A stretch of 64,000 nucleotides of DNA from Marsupella aquatica (Eukaryota > Plantae > Marchantiophyta). The DNA is taken from assembly GCA_973895155.1 (NCBI GenBank), contig OZ316892.1, positions 28,606,307-28,670,306 of the forward strand, read 5' to 3'. Positions 1 to 13,094 of the stretch are shown here, piece by piece (positions within the stretch are counted from its first letter, which is position 1; every line of letters begins with the position of its first letter). The translations under genes were made by a program, and so were the position numbers. Below the pieces are notes generated by a model, which saw nothing but the letters and a program-made list of their open reading frames with translations, made no database searches and was not told where the DNA came from.

Positions 1-667
1 TGAATTATTTCAAGAATTATGCTCCAGAAATGGAGGTCAAAATACAACAAAAGACATTAAATATGATTGTGAGTTGGAAATCATGCTATCCAAAGCCTGC
101 TATCCAAATCCCAGGCACAAAAGTACAATGGAACAAATCTATAGTTGAAATATATACTTCACTATCAAAATTTACCTTTCATGAGCTACTCTATATGAAT
201 TCCCTAGTAACAAAAAAATTGAAATTTAGAGTATGCTAGGGATAGGCTTGCATGGGAGTCAGGGTACAAGCTAGCTGGGCTACAAGGAGCCCTTCCCATG
301 CATGGGCATGAGTACTTGGGCTAGTAACAGGAAAACTGTGTGCTTTAGCAGAATCTTGCTCAACTCTCCACTTGGGCATGTACCTCCTGCCCGTTGGGCA
401 AAACAAAACAAGCATTGCTTACAAACACGTACAACTCAACCCAATTTGTTTTATAATTGAGCAAGGCATCTGAAAGCTAGTATTAGGGTTGATGGCTTTG
501 GCCAAGCACGGGGCCAAGCATGAATATATATCAGTGCAACTGTTTGCAGAGGATAGCACTTAAGTTGTCGGTTTTCTTCACTTGTCTTTAGAGTGGCTTA
601 CCCTCATGATATGCAATCATTCTTTATAGCAAAAACTATGAATTATTAAGAAATTGGTGGTCCATAA

Positions 668-1002
668 TGTTGAAGTATGACGTCTTCCTTCATGACAATA
701 CAATCATAACTCATATCATGCTCACGTAGTCGACACAATCCATACATGGTTCACCTCTTCTCCAAGACTATATCCACACGAACACAACAACTTTATTTCA
801 GAGTAGTGAAACACACAAGCTCTCTCTCTTCCTCAAGTTGTTTTGTTACAATGAGCAAGCACCACATACCAGCGGCTTACACTAGCCCAACCTAGTATAT
901 GCAAGGTCATACACGACTAACCTAACCTCAGCTAAGTCCCTAACTATGGTTAGCTTAAATGCCGTAACCTATGAGTCACAAGACCAAGAGCAATCCTTAA
1001 CA
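668..1002 (-). mobile_element. Solo/degenerate LTR of the same Copia family as the LTR at 40391-40993
   Basis: Starts TGTTGAAGTA and ends ...GAGCAATCCTTAACA. It shares ordered blocks with 40391-40993 (TGGTTCACCTC, CAAGCTCTC...CTCAA, ACAATGAGC, AGCTAAGTC, ATGAGTCACAA...GAGCAAT..TAACA). Shorter than that copy; no TSD seen. Confidence 0.7.
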
Positions 1003-2217
1003 CAACAGTTTTTTTCACTTGTCTTTAGAGTGACTTACAATGGTGTGATCGGGCCGACCCAATGCTCATGCCTAGGCCCTCAAAACCCGTCGTCACGCGG
1101 GACCCCTGATCGGCCAAACCTGGGTTGGGCTGTAACTCGTGCCCCAAGCATCCGTTGCATATGGAGTAAACTCCATTTGCCTTGGGACCAAGAGGAGCTT
1201 TCACCCAAGCCCTCATAACTCAAAGTCGTACGGGGGTCCGGACGGTCGACCTTGAGTCCGGCCCTTTCCCCTGACCCGACCAGCCCTCAACTAGTCTAAG
1301 TCCTTAGTGTGTGTCACCAATTTAGCGTCTTGCCTTCGCCAGTGCCACGCCCATTGTCCACAAGTCTCCCCATGCTAAGCCCTCCCTGGATGGTCGTTCC
1401 GGGCCTGGACCATAGGAGAGCTCGGCGTCGGAGTCAATGACGCCAGAGCTAAGTGTTAATGTAGTCGAGTTCCGTGACTCTTACCCCCATGATATACAAT
1501 CATTCTTTATAGCAAAAAGCCTTGGGGGTCTCATTATATGGAGGCCCCATTGCTTGCGACATTTTAGGCCTTGGGCCCTCTAAAATGTTTTTGACATCAA
1601 ATTTGATGCTTTGAGACCCCTGTTAGGCTCCCGGTTAGGCTGGCTAACAAATGTAAACATTTGGGTCCTACCATACAAATATTCTTTAAAAAATTACATA
1701 GCACTCAAAATTGGATTTAAAAGACCATAATCACCCGCATAATCATGTAGTTCCAAGAACATGCCACACTAGTAGTGTAGTGCCATCCTAAGTAGTGGAA
1801 AATTTTATAATTATTATAATCTGGGACTCGGGTTTGGACCTGACTCACAAAATATTTTAGACTGGCCAGGGTGTGAAACCTCAAAGGAATTTTCTATATT
1901 TATTCTAATTATCTTGATGTAAACACTGAGTAGTACTGTTTTTAAATTACTAAAATATTCAGTGCATACCTCATTTTTTATTAGACAGTAAGCTAAATCA
2001 GAATCATAGTCAAGTATTGTTTACAGGGCATTGTGAGTTATAATGCCCCCAAAAATGAGAGCTTGAGTTTAGAAACGCTGTTATTGCCCAAAGTGCTCTG
2101 GTAAAAGGATCTCAAAACACTTCAAGGCTAAGAGATTTTTGTATTTTTCTAATGTCAGTAAAAGTATAGGAGAATTTTCATAATGAGTTTATCTAAATCT
2201 TGACTGTGCATACTTCT

Positions 2218-2378
2218 CCAATAACTTTTCTAAAATATACAAAGAGAAAATCCCAAAGGGCATTAAAATATCTTAAAACAAAAAAAATCAAGATCTGCCC
2301 AATAACTTTCCTGAAAAATACAAAGAGAAAATTCCAAAGGCCATTAAAATATCTCAAGGACAAAAACAGTCAAGATCT
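2218..2378. repeat. Two ~81-bp tandem copies of an AT-rich dispersed repeat
   Basis: CCAATAACTTT..TACAAAGAGAAA..CC.AAGG.CATTAAAATATCT occurs at 2218 and 2299; a related copy lies at ~33568-33625. Confidence 0.65.
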
Positions 2379-5300
2379 TCTGGGAGGCATGGCTGTGTGG
2401 TAGTTCACTTGACCTATTGACTAAAAGGTCTTGGGTTGAAATGTTGTGACTGAATGTTCCCTTTCTATTGGGTTTTCACAGATTTTCCCTTAAAAAACAA
2501 ACAAATATATTAGTTCGTGGACCCCTATCTGTTTTGTGTTTGTAGTTTTAATAGATGTTGAGATTGAAAAGTAGTGAGATATGTGTAGCAAGTCCCCAGT
2601 ATCTTCTACCCTATGTTTCCAACACAAAAGGTGGCATCATCAAAATGGTCCTTGAACGAATTGAAGAAATCAGCATCAGAGGGTTTATGATCGGAGAGCG
2701 CATCGCCGAGCAAGTCCAGATCGTCCCCGTCCAAATTGACACACATCGCCGCACCTACGCCCTGGTCATCCTCTGCTGATGTGCACTTCCTCTCTCTATT
2801 CTCTTGGCCTTTGGTCTCGTGTCATGTCAATGACTCCTCCAATTAAGAGGGCGCATTCCATTGCCAGTGTGATTCTGGTGAGTGTTTCCCTTCGCTATCC
2901 ACTGCTCACTTGAAAGCTACGTAAATTGGTAGTGTACATTTCATTGAGTGCACAGTACGTTGAGTATGGTTATTCTCAATGGCCAATCAGGGCGGGCCTA
3001 CTACTAAATGCAGAGTTGATTACTCATGGTAACTAAAACGTAACGGTTATGTGAAATAAAATTACATTGTGTGTTACGGCATGGCGTCCTAAATGTTACC
3101 AAAAACTTGCAACAAACACGAAAGGAGTAGTTAATTTAATTTGGAAACCAATTCATTCTTGTTTGCAGCACGCCATGATGATGTGGCACGCTGTGGAGTT
3201 TCAAATTTTGGAAGCGACCTCTAATGGGGTCTGTAAAAACAATCAAGATTTTATCTTTGCTCTAACTTGTTAAATGGACTAAACAAAAGAAAAGAGGTAT
3301 AGAAATAATCCAGCCAGTGAGTGCAGAATTATCCCAGGATATCATTTGCCTGTTTGTCACCTGGTTCATTGTCTTGTAGCATTTTTCTGATCTTTCATGT
3401 TGGCAGTGGGCTTGACTGAACAACAACCTTGTTGTTGTTGTGCCATTCTAAACAAAGGGCTTGCTATTCAAGTTTGAGTGTATTAAGGTCCAACCATGAA
3501 ATAAGAAACTAAGGAGCATTTTTTATTGAAAAAAATACCATGTTTATGGAGCTTCTTACGGAGCCTCGTTGCTTGCCTTGTAAGGAGCAGGATTAATAAG
3601 AGGTGTGAAAATAACCCGAGGTATTTTGTTCCTACGCCGCCATGACTATGTTCTCAAGCTAGTGAGGGCTCCACCCACACCCTTTGTTTCCTTGTCCTTC
3701 CATCCATACGCCTGTCTATCTGCAAGCAGAACAAGAAGTAATCGGGAGAAAGATTTGTTCCGACCAATCTAGATGTGTAAGTTGCGACCACTATCTCTCC
3801 AGTAGTTCACTAGTACATGGCCATCCCTCAGGGGAAGGAATAGGCAAGGGCAGCGGGCGGTGGCAAGGGGGCAGGAGACAAGTGACTAACTGTGTCGGCC
3901 ATCTTTCACATCAAAGATATTAGACAAAAGACTCCCTTTCCGCTTCAAGTATCACCAGTTCTTGACTAGACACTAATGATCAGCAGTGGATGCCTGCTAT
4001 GGACACAAATGAATGAGGGTGGCTATGTACATGACATCAGGCCGAGCCATTGTAGGTTTTATTCCCTCTAAGATTACATCTGGAACATATATATAAACTG
4101 TGGAAACTGCTATTGGTGGCTTTACGAGAACTCAGGCCCCATTCAGGTATGGTGCCCGCTCATCCTACATGGCAAGCAATGTGCCCAACTCTAGAACTAT
4201 ATACCACCTTCAAAGATGGGACAAGCATTCCTTGAAATTGAATGCTTGTTGGTCATTGCAGGGTCCTGTCATGCAATGCTCTCCAATATTGGGTGTTGCC
4301 CATTATGCACAGAAGGTGAAGACTTGAGGGTGTATGTCTTCAAATAATGTTACATATATATAATGTGCTGATCCACATAACCCCACACGTACATAGGTGG
4401 AGAGTTAGCTCGACATTAGTCAACCCAGAAAGCATAGCCCAACAGCCCACCCAACAGTTACATAGCAATCTTCATTGCAGCATGAGGGTCGCAGTTCAAG
4501 CTTCATAGATTGACCAGCTTTTGCCCAAGCCCCATCCCATAGTGGAGTTCACTACTTGAAAGCCAGTTGCACACAAAAAACTTGACACTAAGAAAAATTG
4601 GAGCCAGGTTTTTCTCTTATGGAAACCAATTGGGCATGCAACATTTAACAGTGAAACTCAAGGGGTTGTAATGAATGAGTTTCTCGTAACAGCCCACCTG
4701 TATAAGGGTGGACTCCCACCAATAGATATTAAAAGTTATTGTTAACTACTGTAGTCATTATCCTTATAACTAAACTAGCTTAAGTTCATCTTAGTTAACT
4801 ATCAGCAATTGGTTGCAACCGCAACTACCTCCCATGTTTTACTACGTAGTTGTCCCAACACTATCTACCCAACACGGTCAAACTTTAGTGTGAAAATTGT
4901 ATTTATTGCAATCCTCTTTCATTTTTCTTATCTAGGAGTACCCCTTTTGTTGGCATATTGGCGCACTGCTCATTCTGTCTCGAGCTTCACAGCCAAGTGA
5001 AGGATCCTGGTAGGAATTGTTACTTTAAATTGGAGATACTGCTGAGAGTTCTGATACGAGTGAGTCAAATAATATATGTAACCTTGCCGGTGATGACTCG
5101 CCCTGGATCCTCCATTTGGAATGATTGTGAACAAAGTCAAGGCTCGAGTCGTTGTGTTTTAGATCAAGGAGTGCTGAGGTGAAGCTCACGAGGACTGTCA
5201 CAGCCGATGGTGCCAATGAATCCGAGTGATCTGACAAAAATCTCTCTGTCATGCGTTTGCTTTCTATGATGTTGCTGGCAAATGGCTTGGATGAACGATT

Positions 5301-7662
5301 GAAGGCGTTGATGCCTCTTTGTACAGTTGCACTATTCTTTCACTGAATGTTTGTAAGATTCATGGCTTCATCCCTTCGGTGTGTTGAGCGATGTCGTTCC
5401 CTCTTGTTAATGTGGGAGGTTTGACACACTGAATGCCTACAGACAGGAAGCTTCCGGTCCCCCTGATTCTCAATCGAGGGCTATTGCATGGAGTTAGCTA
5501 GGGACTCATGTTGTTCATTAGCTGTGAGAAGTGGATTAGATATGGAATTCCTTGGATCCCCATTGCTGGATTTGGTCAGGCAGCTGATGGTCAAAGACTC
5601 TTGACATAGAGAGAGTTTTATCTAGCTTGACGGCCAATACAAGAAGAAACAGGTCCCTGTTTCAAAATTTCCTAGACTATGATTGTCTCATGAAAGCACA
5701 ATAAGATTGCACACCAGGAATGCTTTGTTGCCACATTTGAGATATCCTGTACATTGCTCGTTATTTAGACCCAATAATGTGGGGAGTTGTTTAATTCTTA
5801 TCTTCCTGCGCAGTACCCACGGAAGTTCAAATTGCATGCTTTTTTCTCTTAGCTGATGTTACAGAATTCTCAAAACTTTGGAAATTTCATGAATGAAATT
5901 GTGTTAAGACACATTTTGCTATGTGTTGGCAAAGACTTTCAGTCAAATGGGGATTTGGTTGTTATGTAACTCACTATTCAAAGCAAGAAATTTTTGCATA
6001 TAGGTCGGTCACGGAATTCCTTCGAGAAGGGGCCAGTCAAATTTACAAGTTCATGGATATGCTACATATATTATGCATTCCAGGCGCTCGAAGTTCACTT
6101 GTCGGTTTTGACTTTGTTGCCTTTTCTCAAATTGATGATTTCTTCCACCAGCCCAGATGCGTTGAGTTCAACCTTCACCAGGCATTTCGTAGGGAACCGA
6201 GGAATTTTCTTACTGAGAGAAGTTCCTGTGATTTCTATTACTGATGTACAATTTTCTTGAGCCCAAATCTCATTTCTCTAACATTGAGCCACACAAACAT
6301 TCACTTCCCGGAGCATGATGCTATTCCAGAATCTTCTGTCCCTCTGCACGAATCTCCGACTGAATGCTATGATTGAATTGCCCTGCTGATTCAATTGCGC
6401 TGCTCCCATGTGTGATTTCGTGATGCCCCATGATCTGATGATTCTTGTCGAAGACAGTGCTTTGCAATTTGGAATCAGCCAGTTGCTGTACAGGGCCTGC
6501 CAGCCCACCAAGCAGCAGGATTGTGCATGCCTTCGTCTGTCATCAGTGTCTCTTATGTAGATAGGAACAATGAGCAAAAGAAATGGAATTGAACTCCAGT
6601 TTGTCTGAACGTCATCCTTGGAAATCAAAGTCTACCGAAGTCTTATGGAATGTCGTGTTTCAAAAGCCGACGACCCCAAGCTGATGACCCTGCCATGACA
6701 AGATTTCTATGCAACTGCGGGAGTGAAAAAGTTAACAAAAGTTAAGTGCCTTATTTTTTGGCACTTAACTTTCTGGTTTTGTACTCATGGAGGGTCTCAA
6801 CATAACTACAATAGTGGTAGTCAGGATTTTTAAACTACCAATTTTAACTACGACTGCCTCTTGAGCCAGCGGGAACCCTGCGCCAAGTTATCTTCAAACT
6901 TGACAGAATTAGTCACAAAATTAACGTCAGGTGGGAACCCACCCTAAGTGTATGTTTTAAGGTTTTCTTGTTTTTAGCCAGGCTGGTGGCTAATCTTACT
7001 TTGTGTGCAGGATAAGATGCTAAGAATATTTCTTATCTAAGTTTCTTAGATTAATTCATGACAAGTACATCTCCCCAGGTTTAAGGATAACCTAAACAAT
7101 CAGGCTGTGGAAATCTGTGGTTGCGTGGGAACTGGCTAACGGAAGGCAAGATACCTAGACAAGAAGTGGCAAAGACTTTTACTCGAGGTGGGATTTTAAA
7201 TTTTTGCCAGGAAAAAAAAAAAAAAAAAAAACCTGAATCCTCCAAAGGTAGTCAGAAGATTCCTAAACTTTGGCTAGTATTTATTGAGCCTCATTCGAGA
7301 AGTTTTTGGCCTAGAACATATCCGTTTAGAAGAAGAAGTGGCCCTTAAGCCCTTTGCTTTGCTTGCATGAAAACAGGGTTGTACTATGCTATCCTGCTTG
7401 AAAGACAATTATATTAACCTGTGCCCAAAACCAATTTATCTATCAGGTTGTCACCTCCTTTGTATATGGGTTGGCATAACTTGACTACTACCATGGAAAC
7501 TAACGGTGCATGGCAACCCCCTTCATGTGCTCCTTCACTCTAGACCAGGTTCCTCCATGCAACACTTGATCCAACATTTATCTGAATGCAGGTGCTGACT
7601 ACTGTCAACCAGCAAAAATGACCTTTTTTGCTCCCCCTCACTTCCTCCACTTCTACCCTGAG

Positions 7663-7970
7663 ATCAGGTTAGCTTGGACAAATTATGAGACTCCACCCAT
7701 CCCTTTTTTGGTCAGTCACGGGCCCCTCGGGCACTCATGACTAATTAGGTGTCATATCAGGTTAGTCCAATCTGGCTAAACCAACCCACATACACTATCC
7801 GGCCAACTTGATCACTAAATTAGGTTAGCTTGGACAAATTAAATTAGGTTAGCTTGGACAAGTAATGAGACTTCACACGCTCCCACGACCAATTAGGTGT
7901 CATATCAGGTTAGTCCAATCTGGCTAAACCAACCCACATACACAATCCGGTCAACTTGATCATGAAATTT
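7663..7970. repeat. Local direct repeats upstream of the TM9SF gene
   Basis: AATTAGGTGTCATATCAGGTTAGTCCAATCTGGCTAAACCAACCCACATACAC at ~7743 and ~7891; AGGTTAGCTTGGACAA occurs three times. Confidence 0.75.
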
Positions 7971-9008
7971 AGTTAATAATTTTGACTGTTTGGGGGACAG
8001 GAAAACAAAATAAGGTGCGTGGGACAAAAAAATCACAAGTGGTGCTGCCCACGTCTTTTTACACTGCCCTGCCCGCCTCCCTGCCCGCCTCCCTGCCCGC
8101 TTCCCGTGCTCTGCCCGCTTCGGCCCTGCCCTACCGGGCAGTGTGGGCACGAGAGACAGACCGCGACGGGCATTCAAACTTTTCACCAGCGTTCATTCCT
8201 TTGCATTGAATGCGTTTCGGAGGCGAAACGGAAACCGAAACAGACAGATTCGTTTCTCCGACAGTCTCAAAGAATTGGAATGCCAATTCTCAATCCAATC
8301 CAACGCCACCTCTCTCTCTCTCTTGAAAACAACCCTGCTTTGGTTCCCTTACCCTTCTCCATTCTTCAAGCAATGACGGGTGACTCCTTCGGTGTTTCTG
8401 TACATATGGGTACCTGCTGATCTGACCCACCTCATCGAAGTGTCCTGCGCGAAGCATTGCGGAAGAGACGACAGGAGAGGGAGCATTGGTGAAACAATTC
8501 TAGGTCGGTGAAGTGCTTTGAGCAGGCTTGATGATAAGTTTTGGAGGTGTATGAAGGAGGAGGAGGATCGCACGAAGGGAGCATTGATACTGCAGTTGTA
8601 GACGTGGGCACGGTTTTTTGCGTAGTGCACGCTTTAGTCAGTTAAATTTTGACGCAAGGCCTGACTCGTGAGGAGGTAATCTGGCAGCCGGGGATCTGAG
8701 TTGGGGACTTGGGTCCTCAAGAAAGGCAGGATCCAATCCGCAGAGAATTCTTGGCATAATTTGCGACAGAGTTGTGTCCAATTGGTCGTGCAGGGGTTGG
8801 GGTTGGATGTGATGACGGAGACGACCCAGTGGAGAGCTTGAAGTGCAGTCTAGTCGGCCGATCAAGCGCTGATCAATCGGATCCGACTGTCCTGAACTTT
8901 TCTGGTGAAGTGAGGAGAATTCGCTCAGATCGAGCTGGGGCTCCAGAATTCGGAAGAGGGAAAGATCCGAATAGTGCCAACTGGTGGAGGAGGTGGAGCA
9001 GAATCATC

Positions 9009-12000
9009 ATGGCGGATTCCAATTGGCGTCCCTTCCTCTATGCATTATGTATTTCGGGGCTGTTCTTGACGGTCGACTCTTCGTCGAGGTTCGAGGCTGC
9101 ACACTTTGCCAAACGTTCTCTGCTGAACGCCCAAAATCACAAGTATGAGGAAAATGAGATCGTCCCATTATATGCCAATAAAGTGGGCCCCTTCCAGAAT
9201 CCGAGGTGCAATTCTAGCCTTCGTGCTCAACCCAGTGCGTATCCAATATCTTTGCTACTGAATTTGGTACCGGACAAGTACACGCACACTTTCAAGTCAA
9301 TAAACTCCAGAAGCCATAAGGAACCGATTTAGATCCAACGCTGAATAGCTTACCTGAAAAGGGCATGAACTGTTTCAATTTTGGATGATATATGGGCACT
9401 TTATAGCAAGTCATTAATTTCAGAAACCATCATTCTTATTCTAACTGTCGAACCAAAATAGATCCAGTAGTTGTTGTTGAATGTTGTAGTAGCAAGCACA
9501 TCACTGTTTACATCCTAATCTGGATCTATGGACAACTAGTCACAACCCAGTGAACTACTCTCCGTCATCTTTGCCTTGAAACATATTTGATTACATCAAC
9601 TGCATGGGTATGGATCTCGACGCGATCAATGCTTGAGCATAAATCCGACCCGCAATTTTTCTCTCATGATTCATGTGGCGTGTACAGTGAAACATATCAG
9701 TACTACGATCTGCCCTTCTGCGCCCCAGAAAACATGAGGCACAAAACAGAGGACTTGGGCGAGGTGCTAGAAGGCGACCGCATGGTCACCACGGTGTACA
9801 ATGTATCATTTACTGTGGACAAGGAATTCGTGGATCTTTGCACCGTTACTCTTTCTCGAGATCAAGTAAAGAAGTTCAGGGATGCTGTGGAAAAGGACTA
9901 TTTCTTCCAGGTATTTCCTCTCTTAGCTCATTATTGTAAAGTTCTGTCGTAAAATATCGATCAAGTCTGCAACACCGGTACAAACGTTTTTACAAAAGAA
10001 CAGTCATGCATATAATTTTTGTTGACCAGGTCACCACTTCTAAAATTGTTCATGATGTCGAATTTCTGCAGATGTTCTTTGATGACCTGCCTCTGTGGGG
10101 TTATATCGGAAAGATAGACGAAGAAGAGAAGGACGATCCCCGCTATCTCCTTTTCACCCACCTCGTTTTTAAAGTGTTGTATAACAAAGACCGTGTAATT
10201 GAAATTTCTGTCACCCCAGATAACCAAAAGGTGGTGGACATCACTTCGGGCGATGAGGTATCAGCTTCATTCACTTACTCGGTGAAGTGGCAACCCACAA
10301 ACAACTCCTTTGACCAACGGATGGTGAAATATCAGAAACCTTCGTTCTTACCGGAATATATGGAGATCCATTGGTTTTCAATAGTCAATTCTTGTGTGAC
10401 TGTTCTGCTCCTCACCGGATTCCTTGGCACCATCCTTATGCGCGTGTTGAAGAACGATTTCATCAAGTGAGTTAACCTCTTGCTGACATGTCTCACTGCC
10501 TTCTGATGTCGACTGTCAGCTGCCTGATTCATGTCGATCGAGATGTTTAGATGAACAGTTGGTCTCAAGAGGTAAAATATATTGCATCTCTTGAGCAGGT
10601 ATACCAAGGAGGATGAAGAAGACCTTGAGGAGACTGGCTGGAAGTACATTCATGGTGACGTTTTCCGTTTCCCTGCTCACCCAAAGTAAGTCAAGTCTTT
10701 GCCTGACGTGAAGTGCTGATTATCCTATACTGGTGGCTACTTGTGTTAAAATTAAGTAAACTCACTTGCTTCTCATTGTTCTGCACCCTAACGGCACAAC
10801 ATACCTTAGTTCCTAGCAATGTACACAGTTGTTCCCTCAAGTCGAGGCACAAAGTTTTGTGTTATTTTTTGCCCTGTAAGACAGGTAGAAAACAGTTATA
10901 TTGATGGCCCGAAGTGGACCATATGTCTGCTCAGAAAAGTTAAAGTTTCGGGCGGAAATATTCATAGTTCTCATGGAATTGTCGTGATGTCAATTATGTT
11001 CAGCATTTTTGCAGCGGTGATCGGAAGTGGGACTCAACTTTTGGTCCTAATGTTCTGCATTTTTGCTCTATCTCTCGTTGGAGTATTCTATCCTTATAAC
11101 CGGGGGGCACTCAACACAGCCTGTCTTGTCATTTATGCACTTACAGCTGGTATTTCAGGATATGCATCTGCCCATCTTTACAGTCAACTAGGTGGTGAAA
11201 AATGGGTAAGCTGTGTGCCCCAAGTTTAAGTCTCTTTTGCGCTTATGGAACCCGACATGATTTTTGTGCTTAGATTCTAGTTAAAAATTCTGTACATTCT
11301 TGTTGTTGGACGGAGATACTGAGAATGGGATTTGAAAGTATTGAGCGAGTTATCACGAGAAGTTGCAGCAAGCACTCAATGCTTTAAAAAGAGTCTCAAA
11401 CCTCTATGTCCTTCCTCTCCTGTTTATTCTGAATTGTTTTGAAACGTGGCCTTTATTACAATGTAACCAATGAATTTTACAACAGTTGACTCTTGCAATC
11501 TTGCAGGTGCGGAACTTATTGCTGACAGGATCTCTGTTCTGTGGACCTCTATTCCTGGTCTTCTGTTTCAACAACACCGTTGCCATATTTTATGGGTCAT
11601 CCCAGGCATTGCCTTTTGGTACAATGGTCATCATCGCAATCATTTGGGCTCTAGTGACTTTTCCCCTGACAGTAAGTTTTGTGGAAAGTTTTTTATTATT
11701 TTGAAGTAAATAGTCCGCTGCCAGGTTCACACCATATTCTCAGTTCTGCTCGTTTCGTTTGTGTTGTGACCCATAACACCGTAGATCCCAAAAGTAAGAT
11801 CACCATAACGATTATTGGCGACTTTGGTTATCAGGTTTTAGGAGGCATGGCTGGGAAGAACAACAAGTCTGAGTTCTATGCACCTTGTCGAACTAACAAG
11901 TATCCACGAGAAATTCCTGCTCTTCCTTGGTACAGGAAGGCAGTTCCACAGGTACTAAATCCATGTGGCATACAGTATTCTGATTGTTTTACATTGGCAA

Positions 12001-12903
12001 GAGGTTCAGTGTGTGAAAATGGTTTAATGCCTCTTCTGTGTCTCGATAACATCGATGACGCCAGTATTTTGATGCTACTGTACAAAAAAACTGAAGGGCC
12101 TGGGCTTTGCGAAGTCGAAGATAATATTGGAGCCGAGTCCAGTTTGGTGAAGTGTTGAAAGAGAGATGCTCCTCTTTGACAGCAGCTTGAGTCTTTATGC
12201 TCCTGAAGGGATTTTGCAATAAGTCAGAGAAAGAAAGGCCGACAAACTACATTACTGGAATATTTTACTTACATGTGGTCTTGACATTTTTGTGAGTTCC
12301 CCAGGTGTGCATGGCGGGATTCCTTCCTTTCAGTGCTATCTACATCGAGCTCTTCTACATTTTTGCTAGCATATGGGGGCACAAGATTTACACAATCTAC
12401 AGCATTTTGTTCGTCATGTTTATCATTCTCATCATTGTCACAGCATTCATCACCATTGCTCTTACTTACTTTCAACTTGCAGTTGAGGACCATGAGTGGT
12501 GGTGGAGGTAAAAAAACTTTCATCCTTCCTTGGAAGTTGATCGAAATTTTTTGTTCCACAATGTTTCGTTTTCTGTGAGCACACAGCAAACGTATCTTGC
12601 AGTTCTTCGGGAAAAGGTGAAGTCATATTTTAAGACTTACTGTATCTGCGACTGTGTTTCTGATCTTATTTATTGTTGTGCAGGGCTGTCTTCTGTGGGG
12701 GATCAACTGGCTTCTTTGTCTATGTTTACTGCTTCTACTATTACTACGCACGATCAGAGATGTCCGGGTGGCTTCAGGGGTCCTTCTTCTTTGGTTACAT
12801 GGGATGCGTCTGCTATGGGTTCTTCCTCATGTTAGGATCTGTCGGCTATCGAGCTTCCCTTCTTTTTGTTCGGCATATTTATAGGGCAATTAAGTGCGAG
12901 TAA
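9009..12903 (+). CDS. Transmembrane 9 superfamily member (TM9SF/EMP70, endomembrane protein), 9 exons
   Basis: Exons by GT-AG sites and frame: 9009-9205, 9688-9910, 10072-10466, 10599-10685, 11004-11205, 11507-11671, 11835-11951, 12305-12507, 12684-12903. Signal peptide plus family motifs [79 protein letters not shown] and C-terminal IYRAIKCE (KxD/E Golgi-retention type). Confidence 0.95.
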
Positions 12904-13094
12904 GCTGAAATTGTGGACAACGGATAAACATTGGCTTCAGGGGTCCTTCTTCTTTGGTTACATGGGATGCGTCTGCTATGGGTTCTTCCTCATGTTAGGA
13001 TCTGTCGACTATCGAGCTTCCCTTCTTTTTGTTCGGCATATTTATAAGGCAATTAAGTGCGAGTAAGCTGAAATTGTGGACAACGGATAAACAT
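12769..13094 (+). repeat. 163-bp tandem duplication of the TM9SF 3' coding end and stop codon
   Basis: 12769-12931 is repeated at 12932-13094, with two G>A differences seen (GGC>GAC, AGG>AAG). Confidence 0.95.

Noticed and set aside
2386-2505. tRNA gene or tRNA-derived SINE (TGGCTGTGTGG ... GGTTGAAAT, A-rich tail)
   Set aside because: Only loose A/B-box similarity, no cloverleaf and no TSD. Similar weak motifs near 56820 and 57130 were also not called.
8061-8144. CACTG...CAGTG mini inverted-repeat element with CTGCCCGC repeats
   Set aside because: The inverted repeat is only 9 bp with no matching TSD; it could be simple GC-rich promoter sequence.
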